Assembly (NCBI GenBank): GCA_010909165.1
Contig: VJWM01000003.1
Coordinates: forward strand, 372,001-436,000
Direction: 5' to 3'
DNA from: Anthoceros angustus
Lineage: Eukaryota; Plantae; Anthocerotophyta
DNA length: 64,000 bases
The position numbers and the translations under genes are program-made. Under the pieces are notes generated by a model, which worked only from the letters and a program-made list of their open reading frames with translations, did not search any database and was not told where the DNA came from. The stretch's first letter is position 1. Each line of letters opens with the position of its first letter. Below are positions 33,868-47,582 of the stretch, in pieces.

Positions 33868-35530
33868 ATGGAGGCGGCTAACAGGAGGATTGACAACATT
33901 CTTCGGCACATCCTTGCTTCCTCTGCTGCCGGCAGCTCTTCCAGGCGTTGTAATGGTGGAAGTCCGTTCGCAGTGAGTGTGGAGAGATGCAGAGGGAGCA
34001 TTTCGGGAGGCAGGGAGTCTGAGGAGGAAGGTGTTGGTTCTGAGGTTTCTAGGGAAAGGTTCTCTGACGCCGAAGTGTCTTCTGAGGATGCATGCTGCGG
34101 GATTGTAAATGAGAGTGTACTTGGCAGTGGAGTCCTGGAATCAGGTGGAGTAAGGATAGGAGTGTTAAAAAGTGGACGAAGAGAGAATTCGGATAGGACA
34201 TCGAGGGAGACCGGTTCGCAACCGGAAGAGTCTCAAGAATTGCGTGGAGGGAGTGGGGAAGGGGACAGTTGTGAGCAAGGCCTTCACTCTCCGGGGTTTG
34301 AAGGCCTGCGGATCGGAGGCCTGAAGGAGCAGGGTCTGAGAGCACTCAGTAGTCCCATGTTTGCGATGTCGGCGAAGATTAAGAGGGGACCCTTTCTGCC
34401 TCTTCCTGGCAGGGCTTCACCGAGCTTGTCTTCGGTTGAAGGTCCTTCTCTTCCTTTGGACAGCTGCATCTTCTGCCGGATCGTGAGCGGCAAAGACCCT
34501 GCCTTCAAGGTGACCGCCTGCTTCTTTGTCGTTTACAGCGGGGTTTATGCTTCTGCTTTGTTGCTGATGATCAGTCTGTGAATCTTGCAGCTGTACGAGG
34601 ATGAGTTCTGTATTTGTATTCTAGATATTAATCCCTTGACCCACGGGTATGTATTCTCCTGTCCTCACCACCAGCCTTTCCTAGCTGCATGGTAGTCTGC
34701 TGCAGGCTTGGCAAAACTGATGTTTTTCTTACTAAGTTTCTGAACTTATGTGCATTTGCAGGCATTGTTTGGTCATTCCCAAGGTGCACTACAACTGCCT
34801 GCAGTCAACCCCACCAGTGGTAAGCTTGCTGGATTTGGTGAACATGCTCGCTGGCTGTATAGAAATTGTATATGATACTGGCTAGTTACCTTCGTCTTGT
34901 TCACTTCTTGGTGGAGGTGAGAGGTTTTCAATCGAGGTCAGCATGGTGTGCCCTTTGTTGCCCTCCCAGATTGCAGCTGCTATGTGTGCGGCCGTGCCTG
35001 TGATCAGCGCAGCTCTGATGGAAGCAACAAACTGTGGTGCGTGCCTTTTCCTCTCAGATTCATTGTATGCAGATGTGAGCATTGGGATCCCGTGCTGATG
35101 TGGTTGGGATTTGTCTCTTATGTCTCAGATTCTTTTAACATGGTCGTTAACAGCGGTGCAGCAGCTGGCCAAGTTGTACACCATGTAAGTTCCAAGCATT
35201 GCAACGAGTTCCAGCGCAGACAGCTTTCTTCCTGAACCACGCACCGCAGCTAACCAACAACTTGACCTACTCTTCTTTGATTGTCCAGACGCACTATCAT
35301 ATCATCCCAAGATTCGATGGCGATGGACTCTGGCATTCTGAGGTGCACACTTCTCCTGCGGCCTGTGGGCTCTCTTTGGGATGTTGCCTTTTGTTTGCCT
35401 CCGACATTGCAGAGGCTGAGTGTCGCTTTGCATATTTTCCTGGCAGACTGCACCACGAAGACCTTTCATGGGAGGAAAAGAGGCTGCTGGTTTTGTACGC
35501 CGTGTGCGCAGCAGACTGGCATCTCGGTGA
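33868..35530 (+). CDS. HINT3: Histidine triad nucleotide-binding protein, HINT3-like (PTS2 peroxisomal), 7 exons
   Basis: MEAANRRIDNILRHI (PTS2-like RIx5HI); CIFCRIV...AFK|LYEDEFCICILDINPLTHG|HCLVIPK...|FNMVVNSGAAAGQVVHH|THYHIIPR (HxHxH triad); last exon TAPRRPF...RLASR* ends at 35530. Confidence 0.9.
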
Positions 35531-38439
35531 CGTACCTTGCACCCACCGTAAAACTGTTCTTGCCTTAGACTTGCTAGCATATGTAGGTTTGCAGGGGCTT
35601 TTCCTTTACCCAGTTGTTGCAAAGCCTGGGCAAGCAGGCTCCATCCAGTGTAACAAAGATGTAAACCCTCAACAAGCCCAATTCTGCGATAGCTGTTCTT
35701 TGAGTTGTCTTCCAGAAAGGAAGAAGACCGTAACGTCTTCATCCACAACATTTTGCTGTTAACCTAGTACTCAAAGACACCACCCTGCCAAGTGTATCGC
35801 ACTCAACCGGAAAGGGAAACAAGGGCTGAATGGGACACAAAAGCGCACTGCTGAGATATCTATGCTGTGCGGCACAGGTACTCGCGTTGTCGTCCTTTCT
35901 GTCCTTAGAATACTTGAGTCTAGAAGTCTCCCACGATGCTGAGGGACAGAGAACCAATTTACATATCTGGAGTCACAACATCATGTAGTGGTGTGGTGTG
36001 GTCTGGTCTGACGGCCAGCTCTGCAGAGCGTTGAGGCATGTTCCTTGGCAGAAAATGGCGACACGATGAAACCTTCATTGTCGCAGTTGGGCGAGTATGC
36101 CCATCTGGGAGAAGGCAACTTGCTGCTTCATGAAGGCAGAGCAAGTTGCCAAGCCAAGCCAAGCCAATCCAGTCATTCTTTTTCCTCCGAAATCGGGTGA
36201 AGTGGATGAGCGTGAATCATAGCCTCCTCCGACCTATCCGAACGGCGAGATGCAAAACGCATCGAGAGCCAAGCTGACCACAAATGAACGGCCCCGTTTC
36301 TACCTATTCTGGTAAGAGCTTTTATTCGCCGTACGTTTGTCGGAAAAGATAGTGTGTCGTGTCTGCTGCTTCGCCTTCCACAGGAAATCCGGTCGACGCC
36401 ACAGTTTTGCTCTTGGCAGGTGATCAAAAAGCTTCTGATTTGCTGTGTACATTTTCATGCAGGTTGCGGTTGATTCTCACGGTTTACATCGTCAAAAGTG
36501 TGAAAAAGGATGGATGTTATTGTAGCATCATGAGCATTATGTTCTGGCTGCAGAGTGGTCAGAGACGGAATTGCCTGCAGCAAGAGTTGCAGTTTTTGTG
36601 CCCTCGTATTCAACAGGCCTTGAGCTGATGCGAGGCTACTGGTCTTCTTTCTTCTCTGCTCCAGAAGCCGTTTGATTATCACCATTGTGAGCAGCTGGGC
36701 AGCATCTCACCAGGATGCACCGTCCTTTGGCTTCACCTGAAAGCTGCAGTATTTCCACGGGCTGCCGACACCCACTATCCTTTACGTCGGTGGTGCTGGG
36801 CTCAGGGCGTTTCTGAGGCATAGTGAGACACCCACAGCTCTAACCATGAAGCTGATTTGACAGTTCCATGCCAGCAGCGTCCAGGGATGGCCGCCTTCAT
36901 TCAGCACAGGCTGGAATGCATGTTTCTGCAGACCGAGGAGCTTGGAAAACCCACCACGAACAAGTGTGAAGCCTGGGAAACCCACCAAGAACAGGTGTAC
37001 TTCTTCTGTAACTCGTCAGGTCAGGTGATTGAGCAGACAGGAGCACAGCAGCAGCAGGATAAACTCAAGTGGAGAGCTCATGTTCTTCCCAAACGAATCC
37101 GTCATCACATCACACGGAAGGAATGTAGGGAAAGGGTCATGGGGTTCAAATGTGAAACGTCGAGGATATGCCATACTCCGTACCCTGGACATGCATGCTG
37201 ACGGTACGAAGGGCGTGCACGCTTCCAGAAAAAGCGAGCCAGTACTGTACAATGTACAACAGCACTGCAGCAGTGCAGAGTTGGGAGATTTTGCAATCCG
37301 GTGGTGCAGATGCCCAGGGAAGCTTGCAGGGAAGTTGCTGGGAAGCTTCCTCCTAATCTAGTCTAGCCCGTAATGTGTGCGAAAGCATTGCACGCAACTC
37401 CATCCCGAAGTTCAACAGGGATGAAGCTACTGCCTGATCCGACACGAGGCAGCCCGCCCAATGGGTTGTTGCCAGGGCGCAGTGCCGACAGTTGCAAAAC
37501 ACATAACACACAAGAGGAACAAATTCCATGGGAGTCCACCAAGGATGGATGGCAGTCACGAGCCATACATCACAGACAAGCATGGCTCGGGCTGGGAAGT
37601 GGGAAGTCGGATGCCTTTGCAACAGCGTGCTGTAATACAAAGCCCGCGCACAAGGCATTGAATGGGAGACCGTTACAAGTGGCAGGGGCATGTGGAACCG
37701 GATTGCAACTCTGCCTCTATCAATAAATGCTTTGACCCTCAAGGGGAGGGGAAAAGCGGCCAGTGCGCCGTTTCCCGGCGCTGACTTTGGGCCCCATAAG
37801 AATCGTGCTCGCTGGGCCATGGGGACACGCAGATGCCCCGGGACCCGGGCTTGCCCCTTGGCCCCTTGGGACTTGCTTGCATCCATCCATCCATTCGTCG
37901 GGAGGAAGGATGTCAGACCCTCCTCCCTCGTCATCTCCAGCAGATTCCTTCCAACTCCTGCGCTAGTAAAAGCGGGACACTTGGTGGAGCCACAACATGC
38001 ACGATTTGCAACTTGACGAGGCTGCCCACCTCACCACCATGCTTCTCAAACGGCTCCCCCCACCCCCCGCAAGGAGTCTTTGGTGTCCGGAATTCTACCT
38101 CGTGTACCTATTCCAAGACTACAATCGAGGTGGCGCATGCCCACCAGTGAAGCTGGTCAGTGGTGATGCATCTTTTTTGGGTCTTCGATGACATCTCTCC
38201 ATTGAATAATAATATCAGCGGTGAAGTGAGATCTTAGGGAGTGGCCCATCAAATACGTTTGTACGAAGTGGGGAGACCCATCAAAGTGCACGAGGGGAGA
38301 TGAAAGATGAAATTGAACTCCCAAGCAAGTGTACAAAGGGAAAAAAATCATGGTAAGAAAAGATCTAATTGAATAAAAATGATCCATCATGTGAAGAATA
38401 TAGGAGAGTTCATAGTACCTTAGCAAGTAATACTAAGAT

Positions 38440-38860
38440 TGGTTTAACTATACGATCTTTGTCGAAAGAGAATCAAAATAGAACAACGGTGTTTGCTTTA
38501 CCATCTGATACGATTCGGTGTTTGCTTGCTTCACCTGGTTTAACTATAAGATCTTTGTCGAAAGAGGATCAAAATAGAACAGCATTGTTTAACGATTCGG
38601 TGTTTGCTTGCTTCACCTGGTTTAACTATAAGATCTTTGTCGAAAGAGGATCAAAATAGAACAGCATTGTTTAACGATTCGGTGTTTGCTTGCTTCACCT
38701 GGTTTAACTATAAGATCTTTGTCGAAAGAGGATCAAAATAGAACAGCATTGTTTACTTTAGCATATGATACAATTCGGTGTTTGCTTGTTTCACCATATG
38801 ATATTATTCGTTAAACTGCAACATCTTTGTCGAAAGAATGTCAAAATAGAATAGTTTTTG
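38440..38860. repeat. 82-96-bp tandem repeat (~5 copies)
   Basis: ggtttaactataagatctttgtcgaaagaggatcaaaatagaacagc recurs at ~38441, 38537, 38619, 38701 and degenerately at ~38815. Confidence 0.9.
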
Positions 38861-39179
38861 TTTCACCACGTGACTATAATTAACCATTAACGAGGATGAT
38901 CTCCGCGCAGAACAAGGCAAAACTGCACACATACTTGTGTACGTCATTCTCATCAAATTTCTTAACCATAGCATCAAAATTCTAAGTCTTCAAAATAATA
39001 ATAATAATAATAATAATATAATTATACTTTTGATATTATTGAATATTTTAAATATGATACTAAAATTTTTATTTACAGAGAATAAATTCTCTAGATGGAA
39101 ATGTGTGTCAAGTTTGAAACAAACTTCAGACTATAAAGGTGGTTGTAGTTAAGCTTAGTTATACAACAATGCATAGGTA

Positions 39180-39425
39180 TAGGGGTGTCCATTGCTCCTG
39201 AAAAGTCACTTGTAGGGTTATCTCTTGAAGAGTAGCGACTCCAATAGATGCATCCTCGACTAGTTCAGTAATTTGTAGGCCATTCAATCTCCCTAGTTAT
39301 GACATTGTAGGTGCTATAAGTGACTTTAGACATGAGCTCAGTAGCTCCTTCTTTACCGCGACTCTTGGGATGTAGGTGGTCTTAGACATGGAACTTAGTT
39401 GCTCCCTTCTTTACTCACTCTTGGG
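39180..39425 (+). repeat. Dispersed repeat copy related to 50570-50910
   Basis: Shared ttcagtaatttgtaggccattcaatctccctagttat(g)acattgt and gtgactttagacatga. Confidence 0.75.
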
Positions 39426-40935
39426 GTGTGGGTTTGATATCCTTTACTAGATCTTTCTATACTGTCCTACCCTAAGCCAAGTCTCCTCTTTCCGTAAGCC
39501 AAGTCTCCTCTTTCCGTAATAAAAACGCATCCGATGCATAGGTATACGATCTGAGGTTGGAGGCCTACAAAGCATGATGATTGTGTGGTGGAGGTCTAAC
39601 CGGGAAGTCACGATTCCTTTGAAAGCGGATCATGTTGTAGTCCTTTGCAAACCCCAAGGGTACCGAGTTTCAAGGTCAGGGGCAAGCGGGAATAATGGTT
39701 TTTTAGTGGCTAATATCAGACACACACACACACACACACACACGCACCCAGCATACCAGCAGCCCAAGAAAGATGCAACAGAAGAGAATCGGGAATCGAG
39801 GGCGGATGAGAGGCACCAGCAGTTGAGATTGCAGGACGACGGAAGACGGTTGAGATTGCGGGAAGACAGTGCAATCACACTACAAGTAGGCCCGACGGTG
39901 AACAGCAGCAGCATCAGCAGGAGCACGCACACAGACGGGCCTGCGGCACAGTAGAGAGCAGAGAACAGAGAGCAGGGAGCAGGGAGCAGAAAGCAGAAAG
40001 CAGAGCATAGCACAGCAGGCTAGATGCCATGTGTGTGACATCACTCAGATACAAGCAGCCGAGTGCTGCAGGAGATGAACACGCACGCCAAGATAAGGTC
40101 TGGTGATAACAGCAGCAGGAACTCTGTCCATACGTTTCAATTTCATCTCCGTAACTAGACGGGCTTATTTTACACGCTACCAGTCTTGCACGAGGAATCC
40201 AGCGTGCCTTGTGTGAAGTACAATCCAGATAATACTTCGTTAATGGCGATACTTCTAAACAGGCAGGTGCAGAGATGGCAGCTTTGCTGCAATATAGGCG
40301 GGTACAATGAGATGGTAGGAACTGATATGGGTGCTACAATCTGGCTCAGCCTGCTGGTGTAGCCTAGAGATCTGAAGCCATGGCCGATTCTCACTGCATG
40401 CTCCGATGGTAGTATACCGGCAGACATGGCGCTAGTGTGATGGGTGGGTGGGGAAGAAAGAATGACAGGAAGGAGGCAGGCAGGTCTACAAGTACACTAG
40501 GTAGACAAATCAATCGACCTCACCTGGATGGACTTACAGCATCCAAGTGCGTTACGCCAAAGGCTTAGTCTAAAAAATGCGTCCACGGCCCAACCCGTAA
40601 GAATCATAGGAGGCTGGGTTCAGACAGCTTCAGCTGCGAGCTCATGGTATAAATGAAATAGTCAGAAGGCATAGCGGAGAATATACATCAAAACGCAGCT
40701 GGAAATTGAAAACCGTGGTAGCTGTAGGAGTCGTAGGAGTCGACTGACTGTGTAGATGATAAGAAAACGTCCACCCATCTTCCGCAGTTTCGCCATGCCG
40801 CAGCTCTAAAGCCTTTGCCTCCAAGCTGGGCTTGCATGGAAAGAATTATGTCGGAACATTCAATTCAGGTCGAGCTTGTCGGCAGCTTGATAATCTTGAA
40901 CTTGTAGCACTTCTTCTTCCAGCAGGCTAGGCTCC

Positions 40936-42313
40936 CTATGCCCCCTGTGATGTTGTCATCGATCTCCGCGGACCGGATGAGATCTTGGCAATGTAGGCCT
41001 CTCTGTACATCGAGCGGACAAGAGGACGGCAGGAGTTGTGTTAGGAAATTGGTACACTCATAGATGAGCATGGTGCATGATGGGGAAGATTTGAGGTGGT
41101 TGGTTGGTTGCTCACCGGGCTTCCAATCTGTCGGCGTTGGCATCTCGCGCGATCTCCGTGTAGTTGGCTTCGATCTTGTCATTGGGTCTGTTTTTGTCTG
41201 TCCATGAGGGCACCTCGATGAAGAGCCTCAAGGCCTGCACGATTTCTGATTCATCAGCAACAGCCTTCCAGCAAGCACCACAATCTTGCTTGCAAGAAGG
41301 CTTGAGAGCAAGAGAGATGAAGAGAGAGCCGATGCCGCACCTTGATGAATAAGGATTCGTCCAAGGTAAATCTGTGGTACATCCCGGGAGGGAGGATGAT
41401 AAAGTCTCCCTTTGTGATCTTGAAACGAATCCACTGGTCATCGTAATCCCGCACGTCGAAGTAGCCTGCAGCATCCAGGAGGGAACCCACCAAATCAATC
41501 CCACATGGCTGCAAAAATTCCTGCCATCTCGGGGTCACAATCAGCGGAGACGACCGCTCACCGGTGCCTTCGAGCACGAATCTGATCTCCTCGCAGGCGT
41601 GCAGATGCTCAACAAAGAAATGGCGCACTTTGTCCTCGAACTTGTCGATGTGGCCGGGAGCGACTGTGGCAACGTCCTGCAAAAGGACGCCACAACCCAT
41701 CAGACCTGGAAGGAAGCACCCGGACGCTCCTTTGCTGCAGAGCAGAAATCCGACACTTCCAACGTACCCAGTGCTTGTACCCGCGCTCCCTCTTGATCGT
41801 CTCCAGCAGCGGGTTGTCCAGATAGGTGTCGGCGTCCAGCTTCCAGATGAGAATTCCCAACGCTGCAGACATGGGTGCCACGAAACCGCGTCAAGGAGGA
41901 AAGCTTTTCGCACAATCCCTGGGATTCCCGCTGCAAATCCCTGAGATCCAAGCCTGCCCGGGGCAAATCCTCACCTTGCAGATGCTCGGGAGACACCGGC
42001 CGGTTGGGGCAGAATTGGTGCCGGGTGGTCTGATCCTCGCTCCCCTCGGGATTGTAAAACCACGCCTCGGTGTCAGCCTGCTTTCAAGCACCCCGACATC
42101 AAATTCCGCACCATCTCCGCACAACCCACAACTTCCAAACGCAACAGTCCTTGCAGCCAGACCAAGCAAAGCAAAGCAAACAAGCGAAACCGAGGTCCCG
42201 GACGCAGCCCAGCGCCGCATTTCGGGTCCTGGAACCCGCCAGGGCGGAATGCGAGGCAGGAGGGGAGCAGAATGCATCCAAGCAGGCAAACCCACCATCG
42301 GAATCTGCTCCAT
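40936..42313 (-). CDS. ARD: Acireductone dioxygenase (methionine salvage cupin), multi-exon
   Basis: EAWFYNPEGSEDQTTRH, LGILIWKLDAD, FFVEHLHACEEIRFVLEGT|GYFDVRDYDDQWIR...ILPPGMYHRFTLD, ALRLF...WT..NRP, last exon (R)EAYIAKI...* at 40936. Metal ligands HxH..E..H are present. First exon (MEQIPM) is tentative. Confidence 0.9.
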
Positions 42314-44549
42314 AGTTGCGGTCCCGAGCTGCGCTGCAGCAAGGCGGAACAAGCTCCTGGTGGGCTGCAGCAGAAGCGGAACAATCTCCTAGTGGGCGAT
42401 TGCAGGACGAGGAGGAGGGAGGACTGGAGCGGGATTTGGAAAGAGACAGAGGCGACAGATGCAGCAGAGGTGGAGGGTGTCAGAAGGTGCTGGCGTCCCG
42501 AAGGGAGGGTGGAGCACGTCGCCTCTGCTGTGCTCTGCTGTGCTCTGCTCTGCGCTGCTCTGCTCTGCTCTGCGCTGCGCTGCTCCGGTCTGGTCTGCGC
42601 TGCCTCTGAGCCGAGACGAGGGCACGAGGCGAGATATATAGGGTGGGCCGGGAGCTGGGCCTCAGAAGCTAGGAGCTGGCCTCGGAAGCAAAGAGCAGGC
42701 CTCGGGGGCGGGAGGAGAGAGGCAGCAGACTGGAGTCACTACAACACTGGGCTGGTCCAGGCCCGTCCGGTCCGGTCTGGGGGGCGTGCGTCGCTGTGGA
42801 GAGCGGCAGCGGCCCACCCAGCTCGTGGAAGGAAGGCGGGAAGGAAGAAAGGAAGGATTCGGAAGGAAGGAGGGGAGGAGGGAAGGAGGGAAGGGAGGAT
42901 TGGAAGGATTGGAAGAAAGGGAGTGGAGATGGAGTCGGCGAGGTGGGTCGGGCGGAAATGGAAGCAGGTGCGACAGGGAGTGTCCAGGGAGTGTCCAGGG
43001 CAGTCCAATCCGCCGGGAGGCCGGGCGGGGCTGGACCAATGTGGGAGGAGATAGATGGGTGACTGTGAGCTGCGCGAGGGGGCCTGGGCCTGGGCCTGGG
43101 CCTGGGGGAAGCGGAAGCGAACCGAACAAGCAAGCGCTGGCCAACGCCTGCAGCGGGCACCCGCACCCGCACCGGGACAAAGACAAAAGGCATGAAACGA
43201 AATGGAGGCCTGCGATGCGCGCGTGCTTATGGCACACAGCCCACGATTTCATTTTCATTTTCGCCTTCCTCTTCCTTTTTACAACACACGCCCGCCTACC
43301 AGCGCGCAACATCCTGCCAATGCCATCCATCCTCCCACGCTTCACCCCGTTTTCGTTTTACCCTACCGCCCACAAATAGGCCCTTACCGCACACCGCCAT
43401 GATTGTTGTTTTTAGCAACTCCGCATATGCCAGCCTCCATCGCACCACATACGATTTCAAACTCCAACGACGCCGCTCTTCCTTCTTTCCTCTCCAGCCT
43501 TGAGCAGGGGAGCTTGAAGTACTACTGCCCAACATCCACCTCCTTCTCGCTGAGATTTGTCCTCCCACATCCCCCACAGCCCAACAGCAGATCCCCCGCA
43601 GCCCAACATCAGATCCCCCACAGCCCACCAGCAGATTCCCCACAGCCCAGCATCTGGAAGCAAGGGAAAATCAATCACCAATCAACCCTCCTTCCTTCCT
43701 TGCCGCCCGCTTGCTTCCGTCCATGCTGCCGTGCTTGCTCGTGGCTTGTTTTTGGCCGGTCCGGTTGGTCGTGACTGTGTGCCGGCCGGGCGGGGGGCCA
43801 TCACCATTTCCTAAAATATCACGCCACGCTTGCTTTGCTGCTGCGCCCACGCTTGATTCCCTTCTTATTGTCCATTTACTGCCCCAAAATCCTTGCCTCT
43901 TTGGACTTTGATGCCCAATACCTGGTTGGACCCAACCCACATATTCTCATTCCATGGCTCGGATCCGCCTCGCGTTCCCTCGCGTTCCCTCGTGCTCCCG
44001 CTGGTTTTGTTGTGTTGTGTAGCCGTAGGGGTTTCCTACTCACCAAGTTTCTATTCCATGTGGTATGTCACATGCTTGTATGTTGGCCAGGTGTGTGCCA
44101 AATAATGGGGTTTCTAATGTGGAGAGAATGCTACATGGAATGTGGCTTTTGTTGGGTAGACGGTCTGTATGTTTTCTCTTTTTCACTCTGGATTGTACTC
44201 GAGAGAAGCTATACACAAACAATAAAATGGCTCTTCAAAGAGGACTGTAGAAGTAGTATCGTGTACACATCCAAGTGAGAGTATCTTTGACCATTATTGT
44301 TGTACATATTTCAAACGGATGTGATGTAAGTATCTTGTCAGTCTAGTTTTGGATACAAAAGTTTTGGATGTCAGCATGAAAGTTGCACAAAGCTGTTCGA
44401 ACCATAGGACATATTATGGTGCTATGAGTTTAGGACTAACGGTAGGTTTCTTGTCAGTCTAAGACCACGTAGAAAGGATAGGTGTGATGCAAAAGTTTTG
44501 AATGTCAGCGTGAGAAAGTTGCACAAAGCTCAAAGGACATACTACGGTG

Positions 44550-45135
44550 CTACGATGCTATGGCAAGCTTGCAAATATAAAAGATGCTAACTAGGAGTGT
44601 AGGACTAGGGCAGGAGCATATAGATTTGACGACAGGCTTGCATATGAAAGAGAAAGGTGAAAGATGTTGGCAGTGTAGGACTTTGTCAAGAGGATAGATT
44701 TGACGGCAAGCTTGCAGATGTAAGAAAAAGATGAGAGATGTTAGCAGTGTAGGACTTTGCCAGGAGGATAGATTTGACGGCAAGCTTGTACAAGTAAGAG
44801 AAAGATGAGAGATGCTAGCAATGTTGGACTATGGCAGGAGGATAGATTTGACGGCAAGCTTGCATATGTACGAGAGAGATAAACATATGGCTGGATTTGT
44901 TACATACTGCACGGTAGGCATATGTACGAGAAAGATAAACGTAATGTTGGATTTGTTACGTACTGCATGATAAGCATATGTGCGAGAAAGATAAACATAT
45001 GGTTGGATTTGTTACATCTTGCAGTAGGCATATGTACGAGAAAGATAAACGTAATGTTGGATTTGTTACGTACTGCATGATAAGCATATGTGCGAGAAAG
45101 ATAAACATATGGTTGGATTTGTTACATACTGCACA
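44550..45135. repeat. Compound tandem repeats: ~75-bp units followed by ~58-60-bp units
   Basis: ggatagatttgacggcaagcttgca about x4; gcatatgt(a/g)cgagaaagataaac...ggatttgttac x5. Confidence 0.85.
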
Positions 45136-47126
45136 TTAGGTCTAGGTCTAGCACGAGAGAAAGAGCTACAAGTTCAATTTCCAATGACCTAGCTATGTAC
45201 ATATCACTTTTCTTTGTGAAGCATGACTTAGCTATATACATATCACTTTTCTTTGTGAAGGAATACTTTGCCTGAGATAATTGACTAATTGGACATAACT
45301 ATTTATCTACACATGATAATTATTATAATACTAAGAGATATTAGACTATATATCCAATAAGCTTCACATTCAATAAACTTGTGTGACACACACCCGTCTC
45401 TTCCTCCCCATAGTACCCGCTACTTATCAAGGTCTCCACTTTCACTACTTATCAAGGTTTCAAATACCCCACACACGTCTCTTCCTCCCCATAGTACCTA
45501 CTACTTATCAAGGTTTCAAATTCTCAACGTTCCTAGATCCCAGAGCTAGTGTGTTCAAAGATCCCTGAGCTAGTGTGTTCAATCTCCGTGAGTGAGATAT
45601 TCTATTCAAGCTCCACTCTCTTTTGGCATTGTACTCAAAGTTCCATGCAGTACTTAGATACGCTAAAGGAACAAGAGGATAAGAAACAACCTGAAACTGA
45701 TGCAGGGACAGCAAGCTTGACGGGAGGTGTGACAAAACGAGGGAGGCATGTTACAGAAGCAATTATTGACACCGTTTTTAGAGTGCAAAATAAGATACCA
45801 CATAGAAAGGGCACCATGTCGGCACTGATTACGTTAGCGAGTGTGGTATCAGGGGGGCCAAGCGCAGTCTGGGCTGCCTCTTGTGGTACCGGCAGGGATG
45901 TACTTCCTGGCTGCAGGCAGCAGGCTGCAGGCTGCAGCCAGGAAAGCCCTAAACCCTAGTCAGAATTTCAGAAATGCCCACCTGGGCTCCAGGCCTGCTC
46001 TGTGACCATGTGCTGCGCCCGAGGTGGGTCCTGGAACCAGGAATGTGAGTAGCACGAAGCTGTTTTTGTATGCATTTCCATGGTGGCCCTTTCTTCACAG
46101 CGTGTCACACGAGGCGCCTGCAGACAAAACGGCGCCGAGGACGGATGAATCCAACACAACCCACAAACACCCACCAAAAACCCATTTCAGTTTTTCACCT
46201 CGACCGCTGCTGCACGTCGTTCCTGTCATGCTCGATCCTAGATGAACTCGACTCGGCTGATGAAACGGGTGTGGTCTGTGCGAGTCCCGAGGCATCGATG
46301 CTTGGGTGGCCATGTGCACATCATGGTTCGCCCAGGTTCCATGGTCCCATTGCTCCACAGATACTTCGCCACGGTTAACGGATTTGCATCCAGCTCCGGC
46401 ATACCGTTGCGCGACGGTTAAGGCAATGGGATATAAAATATTTATGTCTTATAAATTATTAAAAAAATCCCTCTTCAGTAGGACAACGATACAGGACGAC
46501 GATCATGGTGCAACCCCCATATCCAACAAGAGGAAAGGACACTGAGTACACTACAAAATGACAAAATTGCAGCTTCATGCCATGATCTACAAGAATAACT
46601 TATAGCTAGGACAAAATTAAACTTTTTATCTCAATTCTTCCTTGCTCTTTATCACTTTGATGCTTGGCAGAGGTAGACCTTCCTCCACGAGTTTGTACAA
46701 AATGTTCATGAATAAATTATAATAGGACTAATAAAAATAAAATATTTAATTATTATATACGGTAGAGTTATTGTACATAACAATGATCATGCATGATAGT
46801 GAATATATTCAGAACATTATATATCAAGTCAAAAATATCTTTTTATCATTCACATAACATCGACGGGCTGGATTATTTGTATTTAATTGTGTGTGTAGTT
46901 GAAATGATTATTTTGTGTGTGTAGTTGAATTGCTCCTTGTACTATGACCCTAGGTGGTCTCCCATTGATGTTCGCTCTGGGATGGGTTCTCCCCATCATC
47001 TCCTCCCCTCAAGAAAGATCGAGCTTGAAGTGGTTACCTATTTGTGCATTAAAAGTGTTAGCATACAGTTTTGTAACATTGATTATTTATATTTTCTTTA
47101 ATGTTTGTGTTGTGTTTGACCCCGTA

Positions 47127-47497
47127 TGCCTTTGAAACATTAGGTTCCTGGTAATCACAAGAAGTGCCTTTGAAACATTAGGTTCCTGGTAATCACAAGA
47201 AGTGCCTTTGAAACATTAGGTTCTGGTAATCACAAGAAGTGCCTTTGAAACATTAGGTTCCCGGTAATCACAAGAAGTGCCTTTGAAACATTAGGTTCTG
47301 GTAATCACAAGAAGTGCCTTTGAAACATTAGGTTCACGTAATCACAAGAAGTGCCTTTGAAACATTAGGTTCTGGTAATCACAAGAAGTGCCTTTGAAAC
47401 ATTGTTCCTGGTAATCACAAGAAGTGCCTTTGAAACATTGTTCCTGGTAATCACAAGAAGTGCCTTTGAAACATTAGGTTCCTGGTAATCACAAGAA
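47127..47497. repeat. 37-38-bp minisatellite GTGCCTTTGAAACATTAGGTTCCTGGTAATCACAAGAA, ~10 copies
   Basis: Head-to-tail units with no spacers. Confidence 0.95.
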
Positions 47498-47582
47498 GGT
47501 GGTGCACAGGATGTTGGTGGTAAGGAAGAGGCGATTATGGGAAGATTGTGGCGTACTCCCGGACTACGTTGACGCTGTCAAA

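Noticed and set aside
35760-38200. Possible gene or MIRNA locus downstream of HINT3
   Set aside because: No consistent exon chain, domain or conserved mature miRNA sequence found by eye; a non-coding transcript cannot be excluded.
26516-42313. Nucleotide/methionine-salvage gene cluster (5'-nucleotidase, HINT3, ARD)
   Set aside because: Different predicted compartments, unrelated genes interspersed, and no evidence beyond proximity.
42272-44278. Multiple overlapping long ORFs upstream of ARD
   Set aside because: They arise from GC-rich simple repeats (CTGCT, GGAA, GGGCCT) and show no protein signature.
47127-47497. CRISPR-like 37-38-bp repeat array
   Set aside because: Units are head-to-tail with no unique spacers, there are no cas genes, and the context is eukaryotic.
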